A DNA stretch of 64,000 nt from a candidate division FCPU426 bacterium (GTDB lineage Bacteria; Oederibacteriota; Muellerivitia; Muellerivitales; Muellerivitaceae), in contig CAWHOE010000042.1 in assembly GCA_963830915.1 (NCBI GenBank), forward strand, positions 1 to 64,000, read 5' to 3'. Position 1 is the stretch's first letter, and each line of letters opens with the position of its first letter. Below, piece by piece: positions 20,632 through 30,180 of the stretch. The notes below the pieces were generated by a model. It did no database searches, had not been told where the DNA came from, and worked only from the letters and a program-made list of their open reading frames with translations. The position numbers were made by a program, and so were the translations under genes.

Positions 20632-20686
20632 CTCAAAATCTATCGGGAGCAATCCCATGTCGGTTCAAGTCCGACCTCGGGCACCA
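20632..20686 (+). tRNA. 3' half of tRNA-Leu(CAA), att site 1 (not an intact tRNA)
   Basis: CTCAAAA anticodon loop, long variable arm GGGA-GCAA-TCCC, T-arm GTCGG-TTCAAGT-CCGAC, CCA end; no 5' half upstream. Confidence 0.85.
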
Positions 20687-20735
20687 ATTTTCTTTTTTCG
20701 TTCAACAAAAAAGCTAAAAAATAATTTTTCCTGTG

Positions 20736-20763
20736 AACTTCCGAACTTGTCGGAAGTTTTTTT
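20736..20763 (+). terminator. Intrinsic terminator after att site 1
   Basis: AACTTCCGA-ACTTG-TCGGAAGTT followed by a T-run. Confidence 0.7.
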
Positions 20764-21028
20764 GTTTGTGTCAATGGCCCTCCCAATTGCGAATGACACG
20801 CATATGACAAGAATTTCGAAAGAAAAATCTATTGAGGTTATGTGTTTCGGAAAACATTTGTTTTGGGCGTGTAATTAAAAATTATTCCCTACAAGACCAT
20901 AGGGCTCAGTAGACTTTCTGTAACGTGTGCTGGTCGATTTTTTCCCTAATAAGCTTGTCAATTATGCTTGTGCGAAATTAGAATTTTTATGTTTGCATCT
21001 AAAGTTCTTTCGGGTAAAGGACAACGTA

Positions 21029-21292
21029 ATGAGAACTAAGGGATGTAGAAAACTAGGGGCCAAACTATTGACTGTTGGGTTGAATTCTGGAAAAGCGGAG
21101 CTGTTCCAGGAAGCGGTTGTGGAAATAGTAGAGCAACTTGGTGGGGTTGAAGCCTTTGCGAAGAAAGCGAAAATGTCGGTACGGGAATTGAAAAGGGCCT
21201 TAGCTAGTCGAGAGGCCTTTCAAAGATGGGTGGATATAGCCAAGGTGGTAAAGGCTCTGAGTGAAAGCCGGATGGCATTTTATGCAAAATGA
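21029..21292 (+). CDS. Addiction-module antidote-like HTH protein (HI1420-like), possibly degenerate
   Basis: GGVEAFAKKAKMSVRELKRALAS...DIAKVVKALS. Confidence 0.5.
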   Translation: MRTKGCRKLGAKLLTVGLNSGKAELFQEAVVEIVEQLGGVEAFAKKAKMSVRELKRALASREAFQRWVDIAKVVKALSESRMAFYAK

Positions 21293-21314
21293 GCAAAATT
21301 TCCCGCTATTCAGG

Positions 21315-21334
21315 ATATAACAATAATGTTATAT
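21315..21334. promoter_or_regulatory. Putative TA operator
   Basis: ATATAACA-ATAA-TGTTATAT, perfect palindrome 7 bp before the toxin ATG. Confidence 0.65.
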
Positions 21335-21341
21335 TTAATCC

Positions 21342-21689
21342 ATGAAGGTTGATCTGTTTAGAAGTTCATCGGGGCGGTCGCCCGTTGAGGATTTTATCAG
21401 TAACCTTTCTAAAGAGGATCAGGCCCTTTTTAAGACTATCCATGACGGGATAGAGCGGGAAGGCTTGAAATATCCATACGTTATTTTCAAACCCTTAGAA
21501 GGGAAGCTCTGGGAGATCAAATTTAAGGGTTTGGACGGTTCTTACCGGATTGGCTATGTTTTGGTGACGGGGCCAAAGATGTTTTGGCTTCATGTTTTTA
21601 AAAAGAAAACGCAGAAGATATCCAGGCTGGACTTTGAGTTGGCCTGGAAGCGGATGAAGGAGATTTTGGAATATGAAAAAAACTCATAA
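21342..21689 (+). CDS. RelE/ParE (HigB/Gp49-like) toxin
   Basis: GRSPVEDFI, KPLEGKLWEIKF, YRIGY, LHVFKKKTQK. Confidence 0.9.
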   Translation: MKVDLFRSSSGRSPVEDFISNLSKEDQALFKTIHDGIEREGLKYPYVIFKPLEGKLWEIKFKGLDGSYRIGYVLVTGPKMFWLHVFKKKTQKISRLDFELAWKRMKEILEYEKNS

Positions 21690-21987
21690 ACCCTACACGG
21701 ACGGAAAAGCCTTTTTCCACAAGTTGGAAAAAGACCCTGAAATTCGTATTTTGGTAAAACAGCAAGAAGAAAAGTTTCGCCTTGCCACTGCGATCAAAAG
21801 AGCCCGAGAACATGCAGGATTAAGCCAAGTTGCTTTGGCTAAGAAAATTGGAACCAAACAAAGCGCAATTTCTCGTGCGGAAAGCGGTGTTTACCGCTCG
21901 GTGCCTTCCTTGAGTTTCCTACAGAAAATTGCGGCGGCCTGCGGGGCTCATTTAGGCATTACATTTGATTTCCGTAAGGCCAGTTAG
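21673..21987 (+). CDS. XRE-HTH antitoxin (HigA-like)
   Basis: AREHAGLSQVALAKKIGTKQSAISRAESG..PSLSFLQKIAAACG, downstream of the toxin. Confidence 0.9.
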   Translation: MKKTHKPYTDGKAFFHKLEKDPEIRILVKQQEEKFRLATAIKRAREHAGLSQVALAKKIGTKQSAISRAESGVYRSVPSLSFLQKIAAACGAHLGITFDFRKAS

Positions 21988-22080
21988 TATTTCATCGGCC
22001 TTCTTTTCCTTGAGCCCCAAAGCCCGCAAAGAGTGTACGCCATTAGTTTGGACGATGAATAAAGTCAATGATCTTATTCA

Positions 22081-22108
22081 TTGGACCCCGATTTAAAAAG
22101 AGTATAAT
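22081..22108 (+). promoter_or_regulatory. Sigma-70-type promoter of the fluoride operon
   Basis: TTGGAC-16 bp-TATAAT just upstream of the riboswitch. Confidence 0.6.
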
Positions 22109-22120
22109 AAATTCAACCTA

Positions 22121-22172
22121 AGGGGATGGAGTTCTCCCAAAACCGCCAATTCAATTGGACGATGACTCCTAC
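22121..22172 (+). ncRNA. Fluoride (crcB-motif) riboswitch
   Basis: GGGGATGGAGTTCTCCC..AACCGCC..GATGACTCCTAC matches the GATGGAGTTC...AACCG...TGATGACTCCTAC pattern; crcB and eno lie downstream. Confidence 0.9.
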
Positions 22173-22213
22173 TGCATGATGAAACATGCGGTGGGGCCAT
22201 GTACTAACAAGTC

Positions 22214-22239
22214 AAACCCGCCGCCCGGCGGGTTTTTTT
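22214..22239 (+). terminator. Leader terminator (probable riboswitch expression platform)
   Basis: AAACCCGCC-GCCC-GGCGGGTTT plus T-run between riboswitch and first gene. Confidence 0.75.
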
Positions 22240-22283
22240 ATTTCCCGCCCTTTCATCCTGCAAGTAAATCTTGGAGGCGGGAT

Positions 22284-23501
22284 ATGACCCACGTTTGGGC
22301 GGAAGCTACGTTGTGGATCGGGTTGGCGCTGGTCGCAGTACTCATTTCCATCTGGCTAAAAATTGCCACAGCCTTATCGGAGATTGTGGTCGGTACGGTG
22401 GCACAACTGGTAATCGGGGCCTTAGTAGGTCAGGCTTTTTTAGGCACAAGCGAAAGTTGGATTACCTTCTTAGCGGGTGCGGGCTCCATCGTTCTGACTT
22501 TCCTGGCTGGGGCCGAGCTGGACCCGGTGGTGTTCAAGGCCAAGTGGAAGGAAGCTTCGCTTTTGGGGCTGGTGGCTTTTTTCGCTCCTTTCCTGGGATG
22601 CACGGCAGCCGCCTTTTACCTGCTTCACTGGAATCCTCAGGCCTCTTGGCTGGCTGGCGTAGCCCTTTCCACCACCTCCGTGGCGGTAGTTTATGCCGTG
22701 ATGCTGGAACTCGGATTAAACAAGACCGAATTCGGAAAAATCATCTTGGCCGCCTGTTTTATCAATGACCTTGCTACGGTCATCGCGCTTGGGCTTATCT
22801 TCGCGCCATTTACCCTCAAGACTCTCGTCTTCGTGGGTGTCAGCGTTCCTGTCTTTTTTATCCTTCCTTGGCTTACACCCCGGTTCTTTAAATTGTATGG
22901 TGACCGTCCCTCGGAATTGGAAACCAAATACCTCTTGTTCCTCATGTTTGGACTGGGGGCTTTGGCGACTTGGGCCGATAGCGAAGCAGTTCTTCCGGCC
23001 TACCTTATTGGAATGGTTTTGGCAGGAACAGTCGGCAAAGACCATGTCTTGGTACGCCGCTTGCGAACCGTAACTTTTGGACTGCTGACGCCGTTTTATT
23101 TCATTCGGGCAGGTTCCTTCGTATCAGTTCCCGCCCTGGTGGCCGCTCCCCTGGCTTTCGTGGTCCTGCTTTTGGCAAAGATGGGAAGTAAGTTTGTGGG
23201 TGTTTTTCCCGTCACGAAATACCAGGGTTATGCCCATAAAGAAGGAATGTACACAACCCTTCTGATGTCCACGGGGCTCACCTTTGGCACCATTTCAGCA
23301 TTGTTTGGATTATCACACCACGTTATCGACCAAACCCAATATTCGTTTTTGGTGGCTACCGTTATTTTGAGTGCGGTAGTGCCGACGCTTATCGCCAACG
23401 CCTATTTCTTACCGCACTATCTTTTGCCTAAAGTCCACAAACCTGAGGCTGAAGTCGTTCCATTGGCCCCAAATAACTCAGAAAACGGAGGCGCTTTATG
23501 A
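22284..23501 (+). CDS. Cation:proton antiporter (CPA2)
   Basis: Many TM helices; LTFLAGAELD, ALSTTSVAVV, ACFINDL; GGAGG RBS before the ATG at 22284. Confidence 0.9.
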   Translation: MTHVWAEATLWIGLALVAVLISIWLKIATALSEIVVGTVAQLVIGALVGQAFLGTSESWITFLAGAGSIVLTFLAGAELDPVVFKAKWKEASLLGLVAFFAPFLGCTAAAFYLLHWNPQASWLAGVALSTTSVAVVYAVMLELGLNKTEFGKIILAACFINDLATVIALGLIFAPFTLKTLVFVGVSVPVFFILPWLTPRFFKLYGDRPSELETKYLLFLMFGLGALATWADSEAVLPAYLIGMVLAGTVGKDHVLVRRLRTVTFGLLTPFYFIRAGSFVSVPALVAAPLAFVVLLLAKMGSKFVGVFPVTKYQGYAHKEGMYTTLLMSTGLTFGTISALFGLSHHVIDQTQYSFLVATVILSAVVPTLIANAYFLPHYLLPKVHKPEAEVVPLAPNNSENGGAL

Positions 23502-23917
23502 TTCCCCAAAAAATCCTGGTGGCATTTGATGGTTCGATCCATTCCGAGAAATCTTTTCAATATGCCCTTGAGACGGCTAAACGTTTTCAGGCTTCCTTGT
23601 TAGTGCTTTCCGTTGCCCCGATTCCAGAATTTGACATCGCTGTAGAGATGGAATCGGTGTTGGAATCCGCCCAAGAGCATTTCGAGGAGCAATTCAAGGA
23701 TCTGAAAAAAAAGGCCGAAGTGGCTGGGGTTTCCTTGACTACGGAGGTCGTGGTTGGTCATCCCGCCGAACACATCATCCGAAAAGCAATTGATGAAAAA
23801 ATCGATTTGATCGTTGTGGGTCATCGGGGCAAGAGCAAGATTGGCGAATGGCTCTTAGGATCGGTAGCTAAACGCGTTTCTAGCTATGCTCCCTGTGCGG
23901 TCACGATAGTACGATAA
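23498..23917 (+). CDS. Universal stress protein
   Basis: KILVAFDGS, GHPAEHII, DLIVVGHRGKS, LLGSVA. Confidence 0.95.
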   Translation: MIPQKILVAFDGSIHSEKSFQYALETAKRFQASLLVLSVAPIPEFDIAVEMESVLESAQEHFEEQFKDLKKKAEVAGVSLTTEVVVGHPAEHIIRKAIDEKIDLIVVGHRGKSKIGEWLLGSVAKRVSSYAPCAVTIVR

Positions 23918-23929
23918 AGGAGGCTGATA

Positions 23930-24310
23930 GTGAGCTTAAGCCAGTTTTTTTTCATCGTCACTGGTGCGTCCATCGGGGCTTTGAGCCGTTTTGGTTTAGG
24001 TCTATGGGTGACCGCTAAATTAGGGTCGAATTTCGCTTATGGTACTTGGTTTATCAATTTGATCGGATCTTTTGTACTGGGATTATTTTTGACCCTTCAC
24101 TTGGACAGGGGATTGTTCCATCCTAATGTTCGATATTTCGTGGCTGTCGGATGGTGTGCTTCCTTTACCACTTATTCGACCTTCAGTTGGGAGACTTTCC
24201 GGTACTTCCAGGAAGGAGACTTTATGAGGGCGGGTTTGAATGTCACCTTGACCTTGGTAGGTTGTTTTTTGGCTTCATGGGGCGGTGTTGTTGTGGCAAG
24301 ACTGTTGTAA
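23930..24310 (+). CDS. crcB: Fluoride channel Fluc/CrcB
   Basis: GASIGALSRF, GTWFINLIGSF, GWCASFTTYSTFSWE. Confidence 0.92.
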   Translation: MSLSQFFFIVTGASIGALSRFGLGLWVTAKLGSNFAYGTWFINLIGSFVLGLFLTLHLDRGLFHPNVRYFVAVGWCASFTTYSTFSWETFRYFQEGDFMRAGLNVTLTLVGCFLASWGGVVVARLL

Positions 24311-24328
24311 AAAGAAGGAGGGCTCAAT

Positions 24329-24700
24329 ATGGACGTTATAGGTAAATGCAAGGTACTCCGCGTTTATGTGGACGAAGAACTGAAGTGGAAAGGCAAACTC
24401 CTTTACAAAGCTATCGTGGATCGGTTGTTGGCGGAAAAAGTGACCGCTGGTGCGACGGTCTTCAAGTGTGTAGAGGGCTTTGGGTCTTCTTCACATCTTC
24501 ACACCAGTCGTATCATTGAAGTCATGGAAGAATTGCCCATGATCATCGAAATAGTGGACAAGCCTAATCGAGCCTTGAAGGCCCTGAACATTATCGAGGA
24601 AATGCTTCCAAACCATTGCTTGGTGACAGTTCATGAAACCCAGGTGCTTCATTATCACAAGGCGGACGGCAAGCATACCAAGACGAAGAAGTGGAAATAA
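24329..24700 (+). CDS. DUF190 (PII-like) protein
   Basis: LRVYVDE, AGATVFKCVEGFG, LPMIIEIVD; typical crcB neighbour. Confidence 0.9.
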   Translation: MDVIGKCKVLRVYVDEELKWKGKLLYKAIVDRLLAEKVTAGATVFKCVEGFGSSSHLHTSRIIEVMEELPMIIEIVDKPNRALKALNIIEEMLPNHCLVTVHETQVLHYHKADGKHTKTKKWK

Positions 24701-26409
24701 AAATGAAGGATTTTCCGGGTCAGGATGGCAATTCCACGCCAAGCCTCCCGAATGATTCTCGGACTATTTTTACTGAAGCGGGGGATATCCTGTCATTTGC
24801 GGATTCCATCGCCCGCCGCTGGGGTATTTCAGTTCTTCTACCTCAAATCTATAATTTATCCGAATTTATAAATGAATCCGATTCCGTGGATGTGGTCTTG
24901 TTGGGAAGATTCAAGGCGGGAAAAAGTTCAATCTTGAACGCCTTATTGGGCAGGAATATTTTTCCGGTCGATGTCCTGCCGGCAACTGCGGTCATAACCC
25001 GCGTGTCCGGCGGGTTGACTGATCACGTGAGTGTTTTGTACAGGGACGGGCACTTGGAAACGGTGCCCTTGAGTGAAATTAAAGAATATGTCACCGAAAG
25101 GGGAAACCCCCAAAATATCAGGAAAGTCGTTAGGGTTGAAGTTCGTGCGACTGGCTTGCGATCTTTTGGCGGGATTCGGTGGGTGGATTCGCCTGGTCTC
25201 GGAAGCCTGCATGCAAGCAACACCGAAGCGACTTTGGATTGGCTCCCTAGGGTGGGAGCTGCCCTGGTGGCGGTAGCCGTGGATCAGCCTCTTGGCGAAG
25301 AAGATCGGGTTCTTCTTCGCAAACTGGAGGAACAAACCCCGTTTATTGTGATTCTTTTAACTAAGGCCGATCTAATATCTGGAGAACAATTGGAATCGGT
25401 CGTTCAATATGTCGATTCGCAATTGACAGAGAATTTTGAGAGGGAATTGCCAGTTTTTCCCGTTTCAACCCGACCTGGGTACGAAGAATCCGTTTCAAGA
25501 CTTAAAAACAGCCTCCAAGCCAGACTTGGAGGGAACCGCACCAGTGAAGAAAACAAGATTATCCTCTACAAATTAGAAGCCATCCTGAAAAACTGCCGGG
25601 GTTACCTGGGGCTTTCACTCCGAGCCGCCCGTTCCGGGACTTTATCCGGGACGAAGCTTTCCCAAGCCATTGAAGAGGAATGGGTCTTCCTTTCCACTTT
25701 AGAGGATAATTTCCATCTGGTGGTGGATCAGTCAAGTCGTCGAATCCGGGAGTCTCTTGAGAGCTGTTTCGTTTCAAAGTCGCAGGAGTTGACCCGTAAG
25801 CTCCAAAGGGAATTGAAAGAGAAACTTTTGGGTTGGCGGGGAAATTTAGCCGAGGAAAGCAGGTGGTTTCAGGAATGGCTCGATTCCCAGTTGGTTTCCG
25901 AGTTGGACCGATTGGGCCGGGAAAACCAGGATGTTTGGAAGGTCCATGTCCGGAAAGTGGAGGGCGGTCTCAACCGGGATCTCCAGGCCTTTGGGGACCG
26001 GATTTCGATCAAAATTAAGGAAGCCCTTCAATACGAATACGCCGGGACTTCCTTTGAGGCAAAGTCGACCCCTTTGGAAAAGCCAAGCACCCATCTTGAC
26101 AGGGTATTTGATACGCCCTTTGAAATCATATGGTTCCTAATTCCAATGCCGGTCTTCCGGGTTCTGGTTCACAGGCATTTCATCAATTCCTTGCCGTGGC
26201 AGGTCGAAAAACATCTTTACCGTTTATCGTCGGAATGGACGGAGAGAATCATGGATTCCATCCAGGGAATGATGGAAAAGGCCGGAAAGCATGTTCGGGA
26301 CGAGTTGGAGTCCCTCGCGAACCTTTTGAAGGAAAGGATGGATGCAAGTGGAAGTATTGAGAAAGATTTGGGCCGATTAGGCGAGTTGGAGAGTTTAATC
26401 CGTTTATGA
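24691..26409 (+). CDS. Dynamin-like GTPase
   Basis: G1 GRFKAGKS, G2 PAT, G3 DSPG, G4 TKAD, helical C-terminus. Confidence 0.85.
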   Translation: MEIKMKDFPGQDGNSTPSLPNDSRTIFTEAGDILSFADSIARRWGISVLLPQIYNLSEFINESDSVDVVLLGRFKAGKSSILNALLGRNIFPVDVLPATAVITRVSGGLTDHVSVLYRDGHLETVPLSEIKEYVTERGNPQNIRKVVRVEVRATGLRSFGGIRWVDSPGLGSLHASNTEATLDWLPRVGAALVAVAVDQPLGEEDRVLLRKLEEQTPFIVILLTKADLISGEQLESVVQYVDSQLTENFERELPVFPVSTRPGYEESVSRLKNSLQARLGGNRTSEENKIILYKLEAILKNCRGYLGLSLRAARSGTLSGTKLSQAIEEEWVFLSTLEDNFHLVVDQSSRRIRESLESCFVSKSQELTRKLQRELKEKLLGWRGNLAEESRWFQEWLDSQLVSELDRLGRENQDVWKVHVRKVEGGLNRDLQAFGDRISIKIKEALQYEYAGTSFEAKSTPLEKPSTHLDRVFDTPFEIIWFLIPMPVFRVLVHRHFINSLPWQVEKHLYRLSSEWTERIMDSIQGMMEKAGKHVRDELESLANLLKERMDASGSIEKDLGRLGELESLIRL

Positions 26410-26454
26410 GCCGGTTTTGGCATTGGGCGTTCATTACTTTTAAGGAGAAGTTAA

Positions 26455-27729
26455 ATGGCAAAGATATCCTCGGTTAAGGCAATGGAAATTTTGGACTCAA
26501 GGGGAAACCCGACAGTGAGGGTTTGGGCGGAATTGGAAAGCGGCGTGAAGGTTTCAGCTTCCGTGCCTTCCGGCGCTTCCACGGGAGAAAACGAAGCGGT
26601 AGAGCTTCGGGACGGGGACAAGAAACGCTTCGGCGGGAAAGGGGTCCTGAAAGCCGTTGAGAACGTGAACAAGGTGATTGCCTCGGCTATCAAGGGAATG
26701 GATGCGGAGCGGCAGGCGGAGTTGGACCGGCGCATGATCGAGTTGGATGGCACTCCCAACAAGGCCAAATTAGGGGCCAATGCCATCCTGGGGGTTTCCA
26801 TGGCGGTGGCGCGGGCGGCGTCGGTCGAAGCCGAAATTCCCCTTTATTCATATCTTGGAGGAACGGGAGCCGTAAGGCTTCCAGTTCCCCAGATGAACAT
26901 CCTCAATGGGGGTAAGCACGCGGACAACAGCGTTGACTTCCAGGAATTCATGGCTATGCCGATAGGCGCTCCCAATTTTACAGAAGCCCTTCGGTGGGGG
27001 GCCGAGGTTTTTCATGCCTTGAGGGGTATCTTGCACCAAAAGAAATATGCGACGGGGGTGGGGGATGAGGGTGGTTTCGCGCCGAATTTAAAAAGCAATG
27101 AGGAGGCTGTGGAGGTGATTGTCCAGGCCATCGAGGTGGCGGGCTATAAGCCGGGCAGGGATGTCGCCATAGCACTGGACCCTGCGGCCAGTTCCTTTTA
27201 CGAGAAAGGGGTTTATGCACTGACCAAGTCAGGGCAAGGGAACAAATCCAGCAAAGAAATGACCGAACTTTACAAGGGATGGGTTGAGAAATTTCCCATT
27301 GTTTCCATCGAGGATGGGTTGGATGAGAACGATTGGGATGGTTTCAAGGAACATACGGCGGTCCTGGGGGGCAAGATCCAGATTGTTGGGGATGACATTT
27401 ACGTTACGAACACGAAGTTTATCGCTCGTGGCATCAAAGAAAAAACCACCAATTCAGTACTGATAAAGCTCAACCAGATTGGTACGGTCACGGAAACTAT
27501 TGAGGCTATTCAACTCTGCCGCAAGGCTGGGTGGAGTTATGTCATCTCCCACAGGTCGGGGGAAACCGAGGACGCCTTCATGGCGGATTTCGCGGTCGCC
27601 ATGGGGGGTGGACAGATCAAGACCGGATCGGCTTGCCGGAGTGAAAGAATCGCTAAGTACAACCGTCTCTTGGAAATAGAAGCCGAATTAGGCAAATCTG
27701 CGGTCTTCGGTAATCCATTCAAGGAATAG
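26455..27729 (+). CDS. eno: Enolase
   Basis: [45 protein letters not shown]. Confidence 0.98.
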   Translation: MAKISSVKAMEILDSRGNPTVRVWAELESGVKVSASVPSGASTGENEAVELRDGDKKRFGGKGVLKAVENVNKVIASAIKGMDAERQAELDRRMIELDGTPNKAKLGANAILGVSMAVARAASVEAEIPLYSYLGGTGAVRLPVPQMNILNGGKHADNSVDFQEFMAMPIGAPNFTEALRWGAEVFHALRGILHQKKYATGVGDEGGFAPNLKSNEEAVEVIVQAIEVAGYKPGRDVAIALDPAASSFYEKGVYALTKSGQGNKSSKEMTELYKGWVEKFPIVSIEDGLDENDWDGFKEHTAVLGGKIQIVGDDIYVTNTKFIARGIKEKTTNSVLIKLNQIGTVTETIEAIQLCRKAGWSYVISHRSGETEDAFMADFAVAMGGGQIKTGSACRSERIAKYNRLLEIEAELGKSAVFGNPFKE

Positions 27730-27739
27730 GGGAAGGCCT

Positions 27740-28411
27740 TTGGAAAAACACACTCCATACTTCAAGGTTTTGGAAACCATTCAAAAAAGCCGGGATTGCG
27801 GGTTGTGTGTTCTGGAAAAGGGAGCGGTTCATTCCTATTTTGAGGCATTCCTTTACGAGAATGTGAATGACCATGGTGCCCGCGAAGCCTTGCGGGCTTC
27901 CAGGGGTTGGTGCCCGTTTCATGCACACCACTTGATTGGATTCCACGACACCCTTGCACTTTCCATCCTCTTCAAAGAACAGGCGCTCCTTGCCGGGTAT
28001 TTTCTTGAGAAACAGATGGAGAAAACACACTTCTTTTCAGAATGGGTCAGCCATGCAAAGTGTCCTGCGTGTATCCAAACCATACAGATACGACAGCATT
28101 ACCTTGCTATCTTGGTGAAGGGATTAATAGAGGAAGAGGAAATGCGTTCGGCTTTTTTTGGGAATTTTCATGTCTGCCTCAATCATTTTATGTTGGTAGT
28201 GGACGCGCTGTCGGACGATGCCTTCAAGAGGCAATTGGTGGACCGGATGTGGCAACGCCTAGCCGATTTGGCTGGACGACTGGAACAATATTGCCAGGAC
28301 TGCCAGATAAACGCGGCGGGTGAAACTTTCGATTCACCCCACCGCTATGCTTGGAAGGAAGCTGTTGAGACAGTTGCCGGGTTGAAAGACGTTTTCGAGT
28401 CGCCGTTGTAA
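27740..28411 (+). CDS. DUF6062-like Cys/His-rich protein
   Basis: CGLC, RGWCPFH, CPAC, CLNH duplicated motif pattern. Confidence 0.7.
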   Translation: MEKHTPYFKVLETIQKSRDCGLCVLEKGAVHSYFEAFLYENVNDHGAREALRASRGWCPFHAHHLIGFHDTLALSILFKEQALLAGYFLEKQMEKTHFFSEWVSHAKCPACIQTIQIRQHYLAILVKGLIEEEEMRSAFFGNFHVCLNHFMLVVDALSDDAFKRQLVDRMWQRLADLAGRLEQYCQDCQINAAGETFDSPHRYAWKEAVETVAGLKDVFESPL

Positions 28412-28587
28412 TAAGACCCGTTATCGTTTTTGGTTCCCAGAACCCCATAAGTTTTTTCGGGAGATCATCAAAGGAAAAGAAAAAGTGAGGTGGGGGTGTT
28501 ACTTCCTATGCCCCTAGGGAAAGTTGCTTTTGAATCTATCCTCAATCCTGGTAAAATGCCAAACAGCAAGGGACATTAGGAGGCAGT

Positions 28588-29658
28588 ATGAGCAAGCCTA
28601 ATGTTCACGGACTTCCCCAACATCTTCGGAAAGATAGCGGGGGATATTTCCTGGATTTTTTTATCCAGGAGGAAGGGGTTAGTAAACGTAAAAGAGTGCG
28701 GTTGGGACAGATTCCTTTGCCTCAGGCAAAGAAGGTCTTGGCTCAACACATGCAAGAAATCGTTGAAAACAGTTATTTGGCCCAAGAAAGGCCGAAGATC
28801 ACTTTCAACGAAGCCGCTGATTCCTTTATGGCTTATTCGGTGTCCAGGAAGAAGAGTTTTCATAGGGACAAGTATTACGTGGCAAACCTTAAGTCTTTTT
28901 TTGGTGACAAGCTTTTGGAGAGCCTGAACCTTGACCTTGCTGAAAAGTATTTAACTTGGAGAAGGAAAACCGGAAAACCCAAAGGGGAGGAAATGAAGGC
29001 GGCAACGCTCAACCGGGATATTGCCTGCTTAAAGACGATTATTAATAGGGCGAAGTTAAACAGGCAGATCGACAGGAATCCAATCGAGGGGATCAGGTTG
29101 TTTAAGGAAATCCCCAGGGATAGGACCCTAACCCCGGAGGAGTTCAAACGGCTTTTGGAATGCTGTCCTTCCCACCTGAAATCAATGGTCGAGTTGGCTT
29201 ATTACACGGCCATGAGGAAAGGTGAAATCCTAGGGATGAAATGGGATCAGGTAGATTTCCAAAAAGGGGTTATTTTTCTTGAGGCGGAGGATACGAAGAC
29301 TCAGGAAAAGAGGGAAATACCGATTGATGAGAAATTGAAGGAAATCATCAAAAAGATTCCCAAGACCATAGGAAGCCCGTTTGTTTTTACCTATAAAGGG
29401 AAAAGGCTAACGGCTTGCAAGACCGGGTTCAAAAACGCTTGTCAAAAGGCTGGATTGGGAAATTTCCATTTTCACGACCTTCGCCATTGCGCAATCACGA
29501 ATATGCGCAAAGCGGGGGTGCCGGATTCGGTCATAATGAGCGTCAGCGGACACAAAACCAACGCGGTTTTCAGGCGATATGACAAGGTGGATAGGGAAGA
29601 CCGAAAATTGGCGTTGGAGCGGGTCCGGGAGTTCAATGACACCAAATTCGGGACCTGA
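28588..29658 (+). CDS. Tyrosine integrase, copy 2
   Basis: Same length and motifs as copy 1; about 25 substitutions in 356 aa by hand count. Confidence 0.95.
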   Translation: MSKPNVHGLPQHLRKDSGGYFLDFFIQEEGVSKRKRVRLGQIPLPQAKKVLAQHMQEIVENSYLAQERPKITFNEAADSFMAYSVSRKKSFHRDKYYVANLKSFFGDKLLESLNLDLAEKYLTWRRKTGKPKGEEMKAATLNRDIACLKTIINRAKLNRQIDRNPIEGIRLFKEIPRDRTLTPEEFKRLLECCPSHLKSMVELAYYTAMRKGEILGMKWDQVDFQKGVIFLEAEDTKTQEKREIPIDEKLKEIIKKIPKTIGSPFVFTYKGKRLTACKTGFKNACQKAGLGNFHFHDLRHCAITNMRKAGVPDSVIMSVSGHKTNAVFRRYDKVDREDRKLALERVREFNDTKFGT

Positions 29659-29784
29659 ATGACACGGGAATGACAAACGCCCTTTTCGGGGCGGGAAAGG
29701 AGAAGGAAAAAAGTTCGTTTTTCGCTTTAGCTGTAAGGGTTTTAGAAGCTTTAAGAAAACAAAATCAAGCAACCCATTGCGACT

Positions 29785-29839
29785 CTCAAAATCTATCGAC
29801 CTCACGGTCATGTCGGTTCAAGTCCGACCTCGGGCACCA
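29785..29839 (+). tRNA. 3' half of tRNA-Leu(CAA), att site 2
   Basis: Same as 20632-20686 except for the variable arm GACC-TCAC-GGTC. Confidence 0.85.
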
Positions 29840-29873
29840 AATTTCTCCAATTTAAAATATATTATTGAAAATT

Positions 29874-30105
29874 TGGTTGTGCTTGGACGTAGTCCAAGTA
29901 CACCATTTATCTTCAATTCTGTGTGGTTGTACCCAGACGACCTGCCTGCCGGAACTTTAGTGAAGGCAGGAGTCTGGGTGCACCAATTACATTTGGTTGT
30001 GCTTGGACGTAGTCCAAGTACACCAATTTTCGTCTTTGATGAGTGGTTGTACTCAGACGACCCGCCTGGCGTAACTTTAGTGAAGGCAAGAGTCCAAGCG
30101 CGCCA
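29874..30105 (+). repeat. Array of four palindromic units ending in CCA (120-bp period)
   Basis: TGGTTGTRCYYRGAC-loop-GTCYRRGYRCRCCA at 29874, 29924, 29994 and 30044; partial copy at 31818-31877. Confidence 0.8.
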
Positions 30106-30130
30106 CGCTCCACTTGACATCGAAAAGGAA

Positions 30131-30180
30131 ATGGATAATTATGTATATAGAAGTAAATAACTATATACGGAATTATCCAT
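30131..30180. promoter_or_regulatory. AbiEi-type operator inverted repeat
   Basis: ATGGATAATTATGTATATAG-N10-CTATATACGGAATTATCCAT (18/20 match), with TTGACA at 30114. Confidence 0.75.

Larger units (their letters stand above)
1..20686. mobile_element. Integrative (ICE-like) island 1; left end outside the window
   Basis: xis-int pair ending at a tRNA-Leu 3' fragment; T4SS-like module inside. Confidence 0.7.
20687..29839. mobile_element. Island 2 (~9.15 kb), fluoride-resistance genomic island
   Basis: Bounded by two tRNA-Leu 3' fragments and carries its own integrase. Confidence 0.8.

Noticed and set aside
20600..20686. Intact tRNA-Leu genes here and at 29750-29839
   Set aside because: No acceptor 5' strand or D-arm upstream of the anticodon loop; only 3' halves are present.
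20517..20878. Short ORFs across the att sites (also 29670-30160)
   Set aside because: They overlap tRNA fragments and putative arm sites; their conservation is explained by the att duplication.
29874..30105. Possible CRISPR array
   Set aside because: Intervening sequences are themselves repeated and palindromic, there are only two periods, and no cas genes are present.
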